In this document: positions 1 through 13,493 of the stretch, piece by piece | How positions within the stretch are numbered: the stretch's first letter is position 1 | Layout: each line of letters starts with the position of its first letter | Source: Eledone cirrhosa | Lineage: Eukaryota | DNA: 64,000 nt | NCBI GenBank assembly: GCA_964016885.1 | Contig: OZ024740.1 | Coordinates: 124,868,001-124,932,000, forward strand | Direction: 5' to 3' | Notes under the pieces: generated by a model | Seen by the model: the letters and a program-made list of their open reading frames with translations, nothing else | Database searches by the model: none | What the model was told of the DNA's origin: nothing | Made by a program: the position numbers and the translations under genes

Positions 1-469
1 ATATATATATATATATACACACACACATATATACTAATATATTAGTTTATAGTGCGTTAGTTCACAATTTTCATTGGTAATATAAGTTATGCTTAATGCC
101 TCTTTTACATTTCATTCTTCAGGAGCGAATAGTTATAGTAGCCAAGCATTTATACATCTTGAAAAAATCTTTTTTCTTACAATAATAACTCATTTGTAGT
201 TTGTGAATCTATAATATGCATAATATTATAAACATAAATACATATTCCGATATGTAGGATACAATAATATCTGTACATACTCTCTGGGATGTATAAATTT
301 TAATAAAATGTTTTATTAAAATAATTATTCATTTATAGTTTGAGAATTTGATGTAAGAATTATACTTTTGGCATTAGTAGATCTTGTGGTATTTACGATA
401 TGAAAGTAAACATTAAAATGTTATCTCATGAAAACGTTTAATATAACCAATTGTATGTAACACACACAT

Positions 470-1860
470 CAACTCTTAATTTGCATGTCCACTAACTATG
501 TTCACAAGCATGTGCTTTTGCTTTTTTGCTTTTTCCATTTATGTACAATAAATCCAATGTATTTCTTGCTTTGATGTTAAACAAATTGTTGTTTAACATA
601 GTTTGGATATGGGGCAGAGGATAAAGTTTCTACCTACACCTTTCCTACATACTGAACATGGCCATTTCTCAGAAGGGATCTGGGTTCTGTTTTCTCTACT
701 ACTTATGAGGAACTTAGTCTTTGTCAGGTTGACTTTAAGACTCCTTTTTTCTAGGCCCTGCTTCCATGTTTGGAATTTCTTCTCTACTTCCACCATAGAT
801 TCAGCTATGAGTGTAAGTAGTATATGATCACAGGAAACAAGCATTACAAAATTCTTGGAGGGCTCTGTACAAACAGTAGACAGTTTCTGCTACCTAGATG
901 ACTGAATTAGCAGTGGTGGTGGGTGTTCTGAAAGTAAAGTAGCCAGTTTAAGAACAGGATTAAGGAATTTCAGGGAGCTAATACAGCTGGCTACATAAGG
1001 ATTCTCTCTCTGAATGAAAGACAGACTGTATGATGCGTGTATACAAACAGCTATGTTGCATGGTAGTGAGTGCTGTGTGCAGAAGACTTGTATAGATTGG
1101 AAATAAATAAAGCTTGCATGCTCCGATGGTTGTGTAATAGTAGTATACAAGAACAGGGAAGCATAAATGAACTGAGTGAGGATCTAGGCATAAGAGTAAT
1201 CAAATGCTGTGAAATGGAGAGGAGTTTGCGTTGGCATGGACATGTAATGTGTATGAAGGATGACAGCTGCATAAAAAAGTGCAGAGCACTCAAAGTCGGC
1301 GGAAGCCTTGGAGTGCGGAGAACCAGGAAGACTTGGGATGAGGTGATAAAAGTCGACCATGCCCAATTGTACCTCTCAAAGATGATGACACAGGACCGTG
1401 ACCTCTGGCAATACGCAGCAAGACAGAAGACACAACTTCCCACGAGCACAAGCTGTAGCATATATATTATACAGTATGCCCCATCCCACCCTCCGATACA
1501 CCCTCCATGAAGACAGGCCAAAGTAAATGCATCCAGTTAAGCCCTCCGCCCACACTATAAAGTGTTTGTGATGGTGTCACAACAAAAAGTGCCCAGCCCA
1601 CACTGCAAAGTGGTTGTGTAGGTGTCACAACAAAAAGCACCAAGCCCAAACTGTAAAGTGGACATGTAGGCATCACAATAAAAATGCACCCAGTACTCAC
1701 TGTAAATGAGGTTGGCATTAGGAAGGGCTGTAGAAGCCAAGTCAGAATCAGTCCTGTATGAGCAGCATATGGTCACCTGACCTATCATTGCCCACAACAG
1801 GACAACCCATCAAACACATGCTAGAGTAGAAAATGGACGTAAGACGGAGGTGGTGATGAT
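470..1860 (+). mobile_element. Decayed RTE-clade LINE, 3' part, with an inverted 5' segment (~470-850 on minus strand)
   Basis: Minus ORF 593-844 (LTLIAES..KWPCSVCRKGVGRN) and plus-strand 860-1510 (SGGGCSES, RWHGHVM, RTRKTWDE) match consecutive parts of the RTE copy at 19.7-22.3 kb. The 3' UTR has ~59-bp tandem units and ends in GGACGT..(GAT)n. Confidence 0.85.
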
Positions 1861-2327
1861 ATAAGTATATACACATGAATATATATACATATCATTATAT
1901 ATGTGTATATATATTGTTATTATGGCCACCGGGCTTATACCTATTGGATTGGTATAACTTGATTTATTTTCTATTCGGTTACTTACATACATGTGCCATT
2001 GTCCTGTGTTCCCCTTTCTATTGGTATGTTTACTTCGTTTTTTCTTTTTTTTTCTTTTTTCTTCTTCCCTTTTTTTTTCTTCCTCTCTCTCCACTATCAC
2101 TTCTTTCCCTCATGGCCTTTTGATAGATAAAAGGCCTTGGGCGCGCTACAGATTGATCTTCTGTTTTAAGCGCCGAAACATCCAAGATCTCTAGTAAACA
2201 GCTGATGAAAGGAAACTTTTCTTCTCTTGCTTGTGTCCTGATTACCTTCTAACACTTCGTTTTCAGTAACCACACAGCCTCGCCTCCTAACCCGTATTTA
2301 TATTTATATATGTGTGTATGTGCATGT

Positions 2328-2618
2328 TACGTTGGTACCACAAAACATCCAGCCCACTCTGTAAAGTGGTCGTGTAGGTGTCACGACGAAATGCACCCAG
2401 CTCACACTATAAAGTGGTCGTGTAAAAGACATGGTAAAATGCAACCAGCATACGCTGTAAATGTGGTTGGCACTAGGAAGGGCATCCAGCCATAGAAAAA
2501 TACGTCCTATATGAGTGAGGCATGGTTACCTGACCCAACTTGCCTCTAAATGGGACAAACCCATCTAACCCATGCTAACAGGGAAGATGGACGTTAAACG
2601 ATAATGATGATGATGACG

Positions 2619-2620
<2 letters not shown>
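2328..2620 (+). mobile_element. RTE-family 3' UTR fragment
   Basis: ~59-bp tandem units, AGGAAGGGCATCCAGCC and GGACGTTAAACGA(TGA)n tail, as at 21940-22335. Confidence 0.75.
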
Positions 2621-2668
<48 letters not shown>

Positions 2669-5600
2669 ATTGTCTTTTACGCCTTTTTCATCTTCCACAT
2701 TTCACTCACAATACATTGATTGGTCCAAAACTAGGCAGTGGTATTGAACATATAACTGCTTGTTTGTGAAGTAAACCTGGTAACAATAGAGTCGTGACTG
2801 TACCAAGCCTTCCTATGACTTTATATTCCTACATGCATTGTACATTATATCATATTATATACATATGTACACAGTAGCTGTTTGTTGAGTGAGCATTACC
2901 TTCATATACATTTAGAAACCATTTATATATATACATATATAGGTATATATATATATATTACATTTATAAATAGAATTCATGTATCTCAGGGATATACACA
3001 GCTACATACACACACACAAGCATTGAGTTTAGGTATAGAGGAAATATTTACACTCATTTTAGTTTTTTTTTTTCTTTTTCCCAATATATAAACATACTAT
3101 ATTTAATCATAAACCGCATTAACCAGATTATAATGTACAGCACACTCTGTTTCAATGCCCATGGTATGCCACAGTTCTAGTCATAAGGCATCTGTTCCAA
3201 TAATTTATGTAAATATCCGATTTTGAATCAGTCAACTGATGCTTGAAAGAAATAGAGGCAAATAAAAGTAAAATATAAAATGCTATACAGATCTTACAAG
3301 GGCTTACAAAAAATAAAAAAATATAGTTTTTGGTGAAAAAAAAATCATTGATTTAGGTTGAATGATGTCATAGAAATGTCATTGATCTGTATTCTTGAAC
3401 AATATTTATGCTAAACTTCCCAATACATTATTGCATTTAGTTTAACCAGTCTCAGTCTTTTAGGAAGTTTATCTTATTTATGCCTCAAGTTGAGAAGTAA
3501 GGGATTCCCAAAGAAAATGTTTACAATAAATTATATATACTTTTGCTGTTTTTATTTCTCATTTTCTTCTACATCCAAATTCTGGATAATCTCATTGGAA
3601 TGCAGATTTTTTAGAAATGAAATTATATGTTTTTCTTTGGTGTCAATTGCAATCTCATGAGACACCAGGAAATTCAATTCTATACTCTCAATTAGTTTTT
3701 ATGTGTGTGTGTGAGGGGGGGGGGGGATATAAAAGACTTGTTTTCAGATATATCAAAGATTAAACTAATATGCTATCATATTACTGTTCTCTGTGTCATT
3801 TTACACATATATATATATATAATTGTTGCAGATGTTATTCTCATACACCCATGCTAGCATGGTTTCGATGGATCTATATAGACCAAGTCAGCACTGAAGG
3901 GGAGCCACTGATCTCCCAAACAGGCCACAGACCTATGCATTTATGTATGGTCTCACTTTTCATCAAGTGATCAAAAGAGGTTGTCATGCCTTTGACACAA
4001 CTGAGGGTCCTCCCAACACTTTGTTTGGCAACATTTCTATGACTGGATGCCTGTCCAATCACCAACCACTTTAGTGTCTAATGCTTTTTATGTCTTAAAT
4101 AGGATTGCACTGCTGTCATGGTAAAATTCAACCAGTACATTGAGTGAAGTTGTTGGTTTCAGGAAGTAATCAGGGCTTAGAAATCATGCTATAAATGGAA
4201 ACTATGAGTAAGCTATAGTTCTCTGATCCATCTAAGAGGTCAATAACTACAAATAAAAACTGACTCAGGCCATAATAACTCATCTAGCATGGGAAAGATG
4301 ATGTAAAATGTTGATGATATTGATGGTGCTAGAACTTAAAACCAATAGATGTTTTGGTGTTGATACTGATACATTGATTTTATGATCATCATATAATATT
4401 TTTTTAATTATTATTGATGTTTATTCTTGATATGCAGGTGGATTGGCAGTATTGGTTGAGCATCTGATAACGTTCTTTGCAGTATAGAGTTATGGCTCTT
4501 TACATTCTGAGTTCAAATCCTGCCATGGTTAGTGTTGTCTTTCATCCATATGGGGGGTGGGGGATAGGGTAAAGTACCCATAATATACTCTTCATCCAAA
4601 ATTGTAGGCTCTGGGTCTAAATCAGAAACCAGTATCGATATTTACTCTTGATTCTATTTCATACATCTTTTAGGAGGTTTGATATTCTGAGTAGCTAGTG
4701 TTACTAAGAAATGTCCCTTGTGAGGATGTATTTGTTCATTTTTTTAGGAAAAATACCAAAAAACATTAGTGACTTTAAACAAATTATTACTAGCATATAT
4801 TTTTAATAAAAATATGTTGATTCAGAAAAGCACTCACATATCTTTCATTTTATATTTCCAGCTGGTTATCTTAGAGAAATATGTTTTCATTTCAAAATCA
4901 TTAATAAGAAAGGAGGAAGTGACAACAAAAATAAAAATAAACAAGTATTAGTAACAAATATGTATATTTGTGAGAAATAGGATGTGCGCTTATAAATGTG
5001 TGCATAGATATTTGTGAGTATGTGCCTGTATAATTGAATGCATAATTATGTGTAGGTGCATACAATTTCATATGTGTTTGGGTGTATGAGAATAACATCT
5101 GCAACAGCAATAGCAACTAGGAAGACATCATATAGTCCCTTGCTGTGCTTGAAATAGACATCATTGTATCATCTCCCACTGTAGTAACAAGATTAGTAGT
5201 CATGTTACTAAAACATACGTGGCGATTGTGGTAACAAAGGAAGTAGCAGAAATATCAATGTCTCCAAAAAAAAAACACACACACACACAAAATAAACAAT
5301 AGCAGTGAGAGCTCAATGAAAAAACCTCTACATGGTTATTTTATCTGCTAGAAATAGCAACGAAATCCTCCTCAATTTACACCCTTATGTTATTCTGCTA
5401 AGAATATAAATGAAATCTTCAAATCACATACTAACATCTTAAAATAGAAAGCATATTTGATATATGTGATGCTAGATATAATGCGTCTTAAATGAACAAC
5501 AAGATGGTTATATCTGAAACAACTTTAATCACACGTGTGATTGATCAGAACTTATACAGTGATAAATAATATCAATAAGATGTCTTGTGCAAATGTAAAA

Positions 5601-6004
5601 ATTGTTGAGACATAAAGAGACAATGCTATGTGTCCAGTTTAGAATGACATGATATTGTCCTGTAACTCATGAGGGAGACAAGGGGCACGATATTGACATA
5701 CAGCTTTTATAGGGCATCTTTTAAACCTGTCAAAGCTCATCTGCTCTCCTAGTCTGAATACAAGTGATTTATTTCAGAGAAGAATAGAGAGTGTGAGAAA
5801 GAGATATACCCCCTCCCCCGTACTTAACTGCACGTTTTTTATTGACCTTGAAAGGATAAATGGTAAAGTTGATCTTGGCAGGATTTGAACTTAGAGAGCA
5901 GAGAGTCAAAATGAATACAATAAAGGATTCTATCCAGCATTCTATCAACTCTGTTAATTCACCACCTCAACAGCTTCATAAAGGGACCTCAACAGATCAT
6001 AAAG

Positions 6005-6118
6005 GGACCTGAGTTCAAATCCCGCTTTGCCTTTCATCCTTACGGGGTCGATAAAATAAAGTACCAGTAATACACTGGGATAATTGCTGGCCTTGTGCCA
6101 AAAGTAGAAACAATTATT
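6005..6118 (+). mobile_element. SINE fragment (tRNA-derived family)
   Basis: GAGTTCAAATCCC B-box-like motif followed by TTTGCCTTTCATCCTTACGGGGTCGATAAAATAAAGTACCAG, shared with copies at 25.9-26.2, 28.1 and 31.4 kb. Confidence 0.7.
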
Positions 6119-6999
6119 TTACACTTATTTTAAATCTCATACTATATGACTGCATAAGCAGGGAATATCAGTATTGCCACTTGACTTGTTAGAAATCATA
6201 GCCAACTCTCTCTCAAATCACACCTTGCCATTTTAAAATGAAACATTCGATAATCTAATCTGAGTTAAATTAAGTATTTTTGAAATAAAAAAATGTTCAT
6301 CAATGTTAGAATGCCTTTGAGCATATACTCATAGCTGATTTGGTCTAAGCAACAAAAAAAAAAAGGTAATTATGTAGCACCAACAATTAAGAGAATCTCT
6401 ATGCATTGATTAGACCACCTACAACCCAAATTCCGTCAAATCAGATTCAAACTTCTTTATGAAAGAAAAAGGAGAGGAAATATCGGTTAATGATGTATAT
6501 AAAAAGATGGGATGGTCATGGTTAGAAAAATTTTATGTAAATGTCTGCTTGATGAGGGATGATCTGGGGATAGTCATCATCAACTATAAGCTCTATTACT
6601 GGTTTCAGTCTATGGACATAAGGGGGCACCACCTTCAAAGGACTTAGTTGATCATATTGATCTTAATATATACATTTTAAAGTCTGTGACTTATTGAACT
6701 ATTAAGTTATAGGACATAAACAAACAGAGAAGGAGAGATAGACTCACACATACAGACAAACACACACACACAATTACAGACAGACGCACCCACATAGACA
6801 CATATATGCATATATACACAATGGGTTTCTGCACAATTTCTATCTCGGAAATTTCACTCCCAAGTGAATTGGTCAACCCAAGGCTATACTAGAAAATGTA
6901 TGGCTGCAAAGTGAACGCCTAAACAATACAGCCATACCTGAGCCCATATGTTCCATGATAATACTTCCTTCCAAACTCCCACATGCTCCTACACTCACT

Positions 7000-7380
7000 C
7001 TCCTACTCCAGTCCACACCAAACTTGCACTGTAACGTTATGTTGGTATCCCAAAAAGCATCCAGCCCACATTGTTTAGTGGTCATGTAGATGTCATCACA
7101 AAAAACACCCAGCCCACATTGTAAAGTGTTCATGTAGGTGTCACGACAGAAAGCACCCAGCCCACACTGTAAGTTGGTCATGTAGGAGTCACAACAAAAC
7201 GCACCCAGCACACACTATAAATGCAGTTGGCATTAGGAATGGCATCCAGCTGTAGAAGTTTGGCCAGAAACAGTTCTGTATGAGTAAAACACAGTCACCT
7301 GAACCAATTTGCCTCAAATGGGACAACCCATCTAACCCATGCTAGCTTGGAAAGTGGACGTGTATGATGATGATGATGAT
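7000..7380 (+). mobile_element. RTE-family 3' UTR fragment
   Basis: Three ~59-bp tandem units, GGCATCCAGC and GGACGT..(GAT)n tail. Confidence 0.75.
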
Positions 7381-7874
7381 AATTATGAATTCAAAACTCA
7401 ACATTTCTGCACTACAATACATCATACACAGAAACAACGCTCACAATGATATTAATAATAAAAAAAAAAACATTTCTAAAGCATAACACCTCAATATTGC
7501 AGCTATCATTACTCCATAAAACAGCTTGCAACAACAACAACAGGAACAGTAATATCAACAACAGCATCACAAGTATCATTGTAAGGTTATCTGAACCATT
7601 TATCTTTTTGGATTCTTACCAAGGAACTGTATTCTACTGAAACCACCTTCATACCCTTTACCTCATATCATAAATTGCTGATCATATATCTCTATTGATC
7701 ATAAATCAAACATTGTTTGACTCTCAATATGCTTCTTCTCACTTTGCTCACCATTTAATTCCATATCTGGCCAAGATCTGAAAGTTTGGCAGATCCAACA
7801 AATCAATAAACCTATGCACACATACACACACATTCATATGAATACATCTATATACATACATATTTATGTGCATT

Positions 7875-7909
<35 letters not shown>

Positions 7910-8409
7910 GGAGAGAGAGAGAATGAGAGAAAGGCACTTGTTTTATATACCATATATGACCGACCCATGTAAGTGTGGAAAAGTGCACATAAAAACGATG
8001 GTTTTGATGATGATGATGCTGTATATAGAATCGACAAACATTAACTGAATGAGCACTCAATATTTGCGAGCTGAGTGTAAGTTTTATTCTCTGAAGAAAT
8101 AGATGTCAATGACTTAGAAATTTCAACACTGGTATCTCTCCAGTTTGAAAACATAATGTGTCAGAAGACATGTCTTTTCAACCAGAGTATTGTAAGACAT
8201 GATTTCTATGTGAATCCAAAGGTAAAATTAATCAGTTTTGTGTACTATTATTTCATATATACACAGTATATATAGTTAAAATATGTAGAATTAATTATAC
8301 TTTTTAAAACCTTACATTACCTTATTTCTTGTAAAAAAAAACATTGCCGACCATTTTGAAATAATTTTGAAAATTATCAAGAATTTGGAGAGAATTCAAA
8401 ACAAAGAGT

Positions 8410-8950
8410 TTTCTTGATCCTTCTCAGTACAGCTTCTCTCCATTTGTTGCATTCCTTTGTCCTCTTCTCCATGAGCTTTAACGATCTGAGATCAACTCTC
8501 ACCACTTCTATCCAGGTATTCCTTTGTCTTTCACTACTAAGGCTTTCTTCCATGGCACTTCTTCACCCAGTCATCATCATCCATGTGCATCACACATCCC
8601 TATCAGCAGAGTCTCCTATCCTACACAGTAGTTTCTCCCTCAGTTCATCCATGCTTTTTTTATTTGCCCACATTACACATCTATCGATGTATGGTTGCCT
8701 ATTTCTCTCCAGTCTCTGAATATCCTCTGTGTTTACTGCCCATGTCTCACTACCATCCGGCATAGCACTTCACACACAGGTATCATACAACCATTATTAG
8801 GGAGGAAAATTTTGTTGTCAGCAGGGGTAGCAGTTCCCTAAACTTCTTTCATCATGTCTATTCTAGATACTATGCTCTCTAAGCACTCTCCTCCATTGCT
8901 AATTATATCACCTAGGTAGCAGAAACTATCAGCCACTTCTATGGATCATT
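8410..8950 (-). mobile_element. Decayed RTE LINE RT C-terminal fragment
   Basis: The reverse complement reads as ..DSFCYLGDIIS..GECLES..KFRELLPLL..LYDTCV.. and KTWIEVV, homologous to 21250-21800. Confidence 0.65.
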
Positions 8951-9594
8951 TGTGAAATTGGAAAAAGTTTATTAAATAAGGTGTGGATAGGGATCAGGCA
9001 GTTTTGTATAAAAATAGTTAACATTTGAAGGAATTAACATATGGTAGCACCTTGAACAAAGCACTTATAACAAAGATGATGAGAAGATAACATCACCACC
9101 ACCACTGCCACAACTACCACTAAACAATGCTATTCTTATTTTTAACTCCACTGTGTGCAAGGCTATTTTGATAATTACAGTCAATATCAGCATCAACATT
9201 GAAGCAGTAAACACTATGCTACCACTATAACTAAAACCTTTTACTGTTATTTTCTAACTATTTCTCACTATCTTCATCATTGTTCATAAAAATACGCAAA
9301 CAAATCAAATTTAATATAGGAAAGCAAACAAATAAATAACATTGCATAATAGCAATAAAAAAATGACAAGTTATATAAGAGATATGAAAAGAAATACAGC
9401 AAAATCTCAAAAGAAAAAAAGGAAAAAAAGGAAATGAAAAGAAAATGTTAAATTAAAGAATACAAGGGAGCTGTTTCTTTTCTTTGTTTTCTATTTTTTA
9501 TGTTAAAGATATTTTTATTGTTTGATTTACTATATTGTTAATTGGTTGAGATGGTTTACACAACATACTGAATTTTTTTTTTATTTCTGGCAAC

Positions 9595-10038
9595 AAGGTG
9601 TAAAAGCCAAACTCTTCTTCAATTCGGTATTTGTTCCAACCCTTACATATGATCATGAATCTTGGGTAATCACCGAAAAAATACAATCGCTGAAACAAGT
9701 GGATGGCATTGGGTTCCTCCATAGGGTCTTTGGAATAACATTACCTGATAGAGGGCATAGCTTAGATATCAGATAATTGTAACAAGTGGAGTTGCTATTT
9801 CTTCAAATTGAGATATAACAGCTCCAGGATTACAGGCATGTGGTTAGAATTCAAAGGAAAGGATCACTGGACAGATTTTACAGGCAAAGACCAACTGGCA
9901 GAAGACCCTGGGGTAGACCCCAAACAAGATGAGCTTGGGTGTTGTTTGGGAATCAAGTTGGATCAATTTGAGATGGTTGCTTCTGACAGGACCCACTGGA
10001 AAAAGTGTTGGAGGACTCTGTCCCCATGATCCTAGAAG

Positions 10039-10068
<30 letters not shown>
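9595..10068 (+). mobile_element. Decayed RTE-like LINE 3' end with (GAA)n tail
   Basis: VFVPTLTYDHESWVIT..GFLHRVFG, GRPQTR-like motif, WKKCWRTLSP, then (GAA)n. A similar tail is at ~29040-29272. Confidence 0.65.
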
Positions 10069-10069
<1 letters not shown>

Positions 10070-10298
10070 CTATAGTAATGATACTTGTAAATATAGGTTA
10101 AAAGAGAAATACAAGTAGAATTGTCAGGAATCAGACTTTAGCATACAATATATTCTTTTACTGGTTTCAGTCTTTAACTATCAGGGACATCACCTTAGAG
10201 ACATTCATATCAGCGGCAACACTTATTTTATTAATTTCCTTTTGGGATCTGTTATGTTATTGGATACAAACAAACACGGGCACACACACACAGACATA

Positions 10299-10365
<67 letters not shown>

Positions 10366-10368
<3 letters not shown>

Positions 10369-10416
10369 TATGTATGTATACGTACATACATATATGTATA
10401 CAGACGTACAGTATCA

Positions 10417-10454
<38 letters not shown>

Positions 10455-10946
10455 TACATACAGGTACACATACATATATGTACGTATCAGTTTAGCGGAC
10501 GTTTATTATAACACCCGTTTTTGTCCGTTTGTAAACAAACGGACAGCCTGTATTTATGCCGTACGGTGTTAAGGCAACCACGTCAGTTTTTTGTTCAACA
10601 CTGACACAAGAACGATGTACTAGTTTCAAGCTTCTTAGCTATCATCAGCACCGTATACCCTTCTGCCAGATGGTTGAACGTTCGAAAGTATCTACTTTCC
10701 TTATGAAAATTAACGGCTGAACAGCCTAATTTGCATATCGAGTGAGTTCAGTCGGCCAGGCGCACCGAAAACGATAAGTTGTAATAAAATGAAAACGAAA
10801 TTTCATTTCTCACTCTTAGTACGGCACTTACTTAAATGTAAGTATGTATGTATACGTACATACATATATGTATACAGACGTACAGTAGCATGCATATATA
10901 TATATATATATATACATATATACATACAGGTACACATACATATATG
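10366..10946 (-). mobile_element. Hammerhead-bearing non-coding repeat (retrozyme-like), diverged subfamily, ~1.2 units of ~474 bp
   Basis: AGTATGTATGTATACGTACATACATATATGTATACAGACGTACAGT recurs at 10367 and 10841. The unit is homologous along its length to the 420-bp units and contains an HHR. Confidence 0.8.
10612..10654 (-). ncRNA. Minimal type I hammerhead ribozyme
   Basis: Minus strand: ACGGUG-CUGAUGA-U-AGCU(AAGA)AGCU-U-GAAA-CUAGU-A-CAUCGU. Stem I 6 bp, canonical core, palindromic stem III ACUAGU, GUA cleavage triplet. Confidence 0.88.
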
Positions 10947-12023
10947 GAAAGCATCCAGCAGATAGCTAATTCCATACACCAGAGTATAACTGTAACTATC
11001 GACTTCCCTTCCAAACACCCTAACAATAGACTACCTGTATTAGACACAGAACTCTGGATTAACACTATAGACGAGAGAGCCCAAATTCTCCACTCACACT
11101 ATGCTAAACCCATGGCCTCCAAATACCTGATACTCAAAAACTCAGCAATGTCCAGTAGTGCTAAGTTTAATATCCTGATCGCAGATTTGGTACGAGTGAT
11201 GAAGAATGTGTCCCGCATGTGCGACCCAACAGAAATGGAAAGACACATCCAACACTTCATCAACCGCATGCAGTTCTCTGGCTACAACCAAAGAGACAGA
11301 GTCAGAGTATACGAAGGAGCCATTGAAAAGTATAAGACCCTCATAGAACTGGACATGAAAGGAATTTGCCCATTATACAGGAGCAAATCAGAGAATAGCT
11401 TAGATAGGGCTAGACATAAGATAGGGAAAGCCACATCATGGTACGACAACCAGAGATACCAGAGTGTCATGTTTGTGGACGCCACCCCTGGAGGGAAATT
11501 AGCTAACCAGTGTAGAAAGGCCCTGAGAAGGACCCACTTAAAAATAAAGGTGGTAGAAAAGCCAGGAACCACCATAAAATCCCTGATCAGCAAAACCTAC
11601 CCTTTTAAGAAAACCCACTGTACCAATAGGAAATGTATCATATGTAAGGTGAACCCCCCGATAAACTGTAAAACTAGAAACGTAGTCTATAGCATAAGAT
11701 GTACAGAGGGTACTTGCAGAAACATGACAACAACATACATAGGTGAGACAGCTCGTAGCATAGGTGAAAGGATAGACGAACACTGGGGGGAACTAAAAGG
11801 ACGAAAATGCGGGTCAGTACTATACGAACATGCTAGACAACAACATGACGGTAACATAGACAACATAGAAATTAGAATAATATATAAACATAGAAATGAC
11901 CCAGCAGATAGGCAAATCAGAGAGGCCAGTGAAATAGAAATTAGAAGACCAAAGCTAAACAGAAAGAATGAGTGGAATAACAACAACACCCAAACAAACA
12001 ACACTGACCTAAGAGAAGTATAA
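10944..12023 (+). CDS. 5'-truncated Penelope-like element ORF: RT thumb/linker plus C-terminal GIY-YIG endonuclease (possibly Naiad-like)
   Basis: LPVLD, HYAKPMAS, RMQFSGY, Cys-rich linker, VVYSIRC..C..TYIGETARSIGERIDEH, H..H, RQIREA, PKLNRKNEW. Open for ~359 codons. Confidence 0.9.
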   Translation: MESIQQIANSIHQSITVTIDFPSKHPNNRLPVLDTELWINTIDERAQILHSHYAKPMASKYLILKNSAMSSSAKFNILIADLVRVMKNVSRMCDPTEMERHIQHFINRMQFSGYNQRDRVRVYEGAIEKYKTLIELDMKGICPLYRSKSENSLDRARHKIGKATSWYDNQRYQSVMFVDATPGGKLANQCRKALRRTHLKIKVVEKPGTTIKSLISKTYPFKKTHCTNRKCIICKVNPPINCKTRNVVYSIRCTEGTCRNMTTTYIGETARSIGERIDEHWGELKGRKCGSVLYEHARQQHDGNIDNIEIRIIYKHRNDPADRQIREASEIEIRRPKLNRKNEWNNNNTQTNNTDLREV

Positions 12024-12588
12024 ATAAGTAAATAAAATAAGATAAATAAATACATACACAAGCACAATAACAACAAGCACATAAACACACACTAGTCACC
12101 CAGCAAACATAACACTATACACACTAGTCACACAGCAAACATAACACTATACACACACGCAAACGCATGCGCAAAGAAGACAAAATAAAATAAACAAACA
12201 AGCAAATAAATAAATAAATATATAGACAGACTGAATAAAAAATGGCGTAGACATACAACACAACAGGAGGAAAATATAACACCACTGACGATGTTGCAGA
12301 TGTGCAAATAAAGATTTATGTAAATTATGTAAACTATATATATGTGTTTGTGTCTATATTGTATCTGTATTATTTCTGACCGTCGGTCAGTCAATGGCAA
12401 CATTGAGGACCGAGTAAGCTAGATTACGGATATAAAAGACAGCGAGAAGCGAAAACCAACCAAACAGTGAGTGTGTTCTGTTATTAATTCTGGCAATATT
12501 ACACAAATATGACCCTCCCCAAGTATAACAATATTTATTTCGACACACGATTTCATATAAAAAACCTCGCTAAATTAATTCATCGCCG

Positions 12589-12590
<2 letters not shown>
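10944..12590 (+). mobile_element. Penelope-like element (ORF plus 3' UTR ending in (TA)n)
   Basis: GIY-YIG ORF. The 3' UTR 12230-12590 is homologous to a second copy at 50978-51295. Confidence 0.85.
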
Positions 12591-12630
<40 letters not shown>

Positions 12631-12893
12631 GGAAAAAATGAAACGATATTTCATTTCCCACGCTTAGTACGGCTGTTACTTAAATATAAGTATGTACACG
12701 TACATACATATATGTATACCGACGTACAGTAGTATGTATATATATATATACATACATGCACAGATATATATATGCACATATGGATTCACAGAACATTTAT
12801 TATAATGCTCGGTGTGTTTGTAAACAAACATCCCGTATTAAGCCGTAGTGTCTAGCAACCACCGTTGCTCGTTTGTTCAACACTGACAAAGGA

Positions 12894-12936
12894 ACGCTGT
12901 ACTAGTTTCAAGCTTGTTAGCTATCGTCAGCAACGT
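12894..12936 (-). ncRNA. Minimal type I hammerhead ribozyme
   Basis: ACGUUG-CUGACGA-U-AGCU(AACA)AGCU-U-GAAA-CUAGU-A-CAGCGU on the minus strand. Confidence 0.88.
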
Positions 12937-13450
12937 ATACCTTCCTGCCAGATTGTTGAACGTATATACTTACCTTATGCATATTAACGGCTGAATAGCC
13001 CAATTTGCATATCGAGTGGGTTAATCGGCCGGGTGCACCGAAAACGATAAACGGAAAAAATGAAACGATATTTCATTTCCCAGTGTTGAACAAACGAGCA
13101 ACGGTAGTTGCTAGACACTACGGCTTAATACGGGATGTTTGTTTACAAACACACCGAGCATTATAATAATGTTCGGTGAATCCATACGTGCATATATATA
13201 TGTGTGCATGTATGTATATATATATATACATACTACTGTACGTCGGTATACATATATGTATGTACGTGTACATACTTATATTTAAGTAACAGCCGTACTA
13301 AGAGTGGGAAATGAAATATCGTTTCATTTTTTCCGTTTATCGTTTTCGGTGCACCCGGCCGATTAACCCACTCGATATGCAAATTGGGCTATTCAGCAGT
13401 TAATATGCATAAGGTAAGTATATACGTTCAACAATCTGGCAGGAAGGTAT

Positions 13451-13493
13451 ACGTTGCTGACGATAGCTAACAAGCTTGAAACTAGTACAGCGT
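13451..13493 (+). ncRNA. Minimal type I hammerhead ribozyme
   Basis: ACGTTG CTGACGA T AGCT AACA AGCT T GAAA CTAGT A CAGCGT. Confidence 0.88.
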
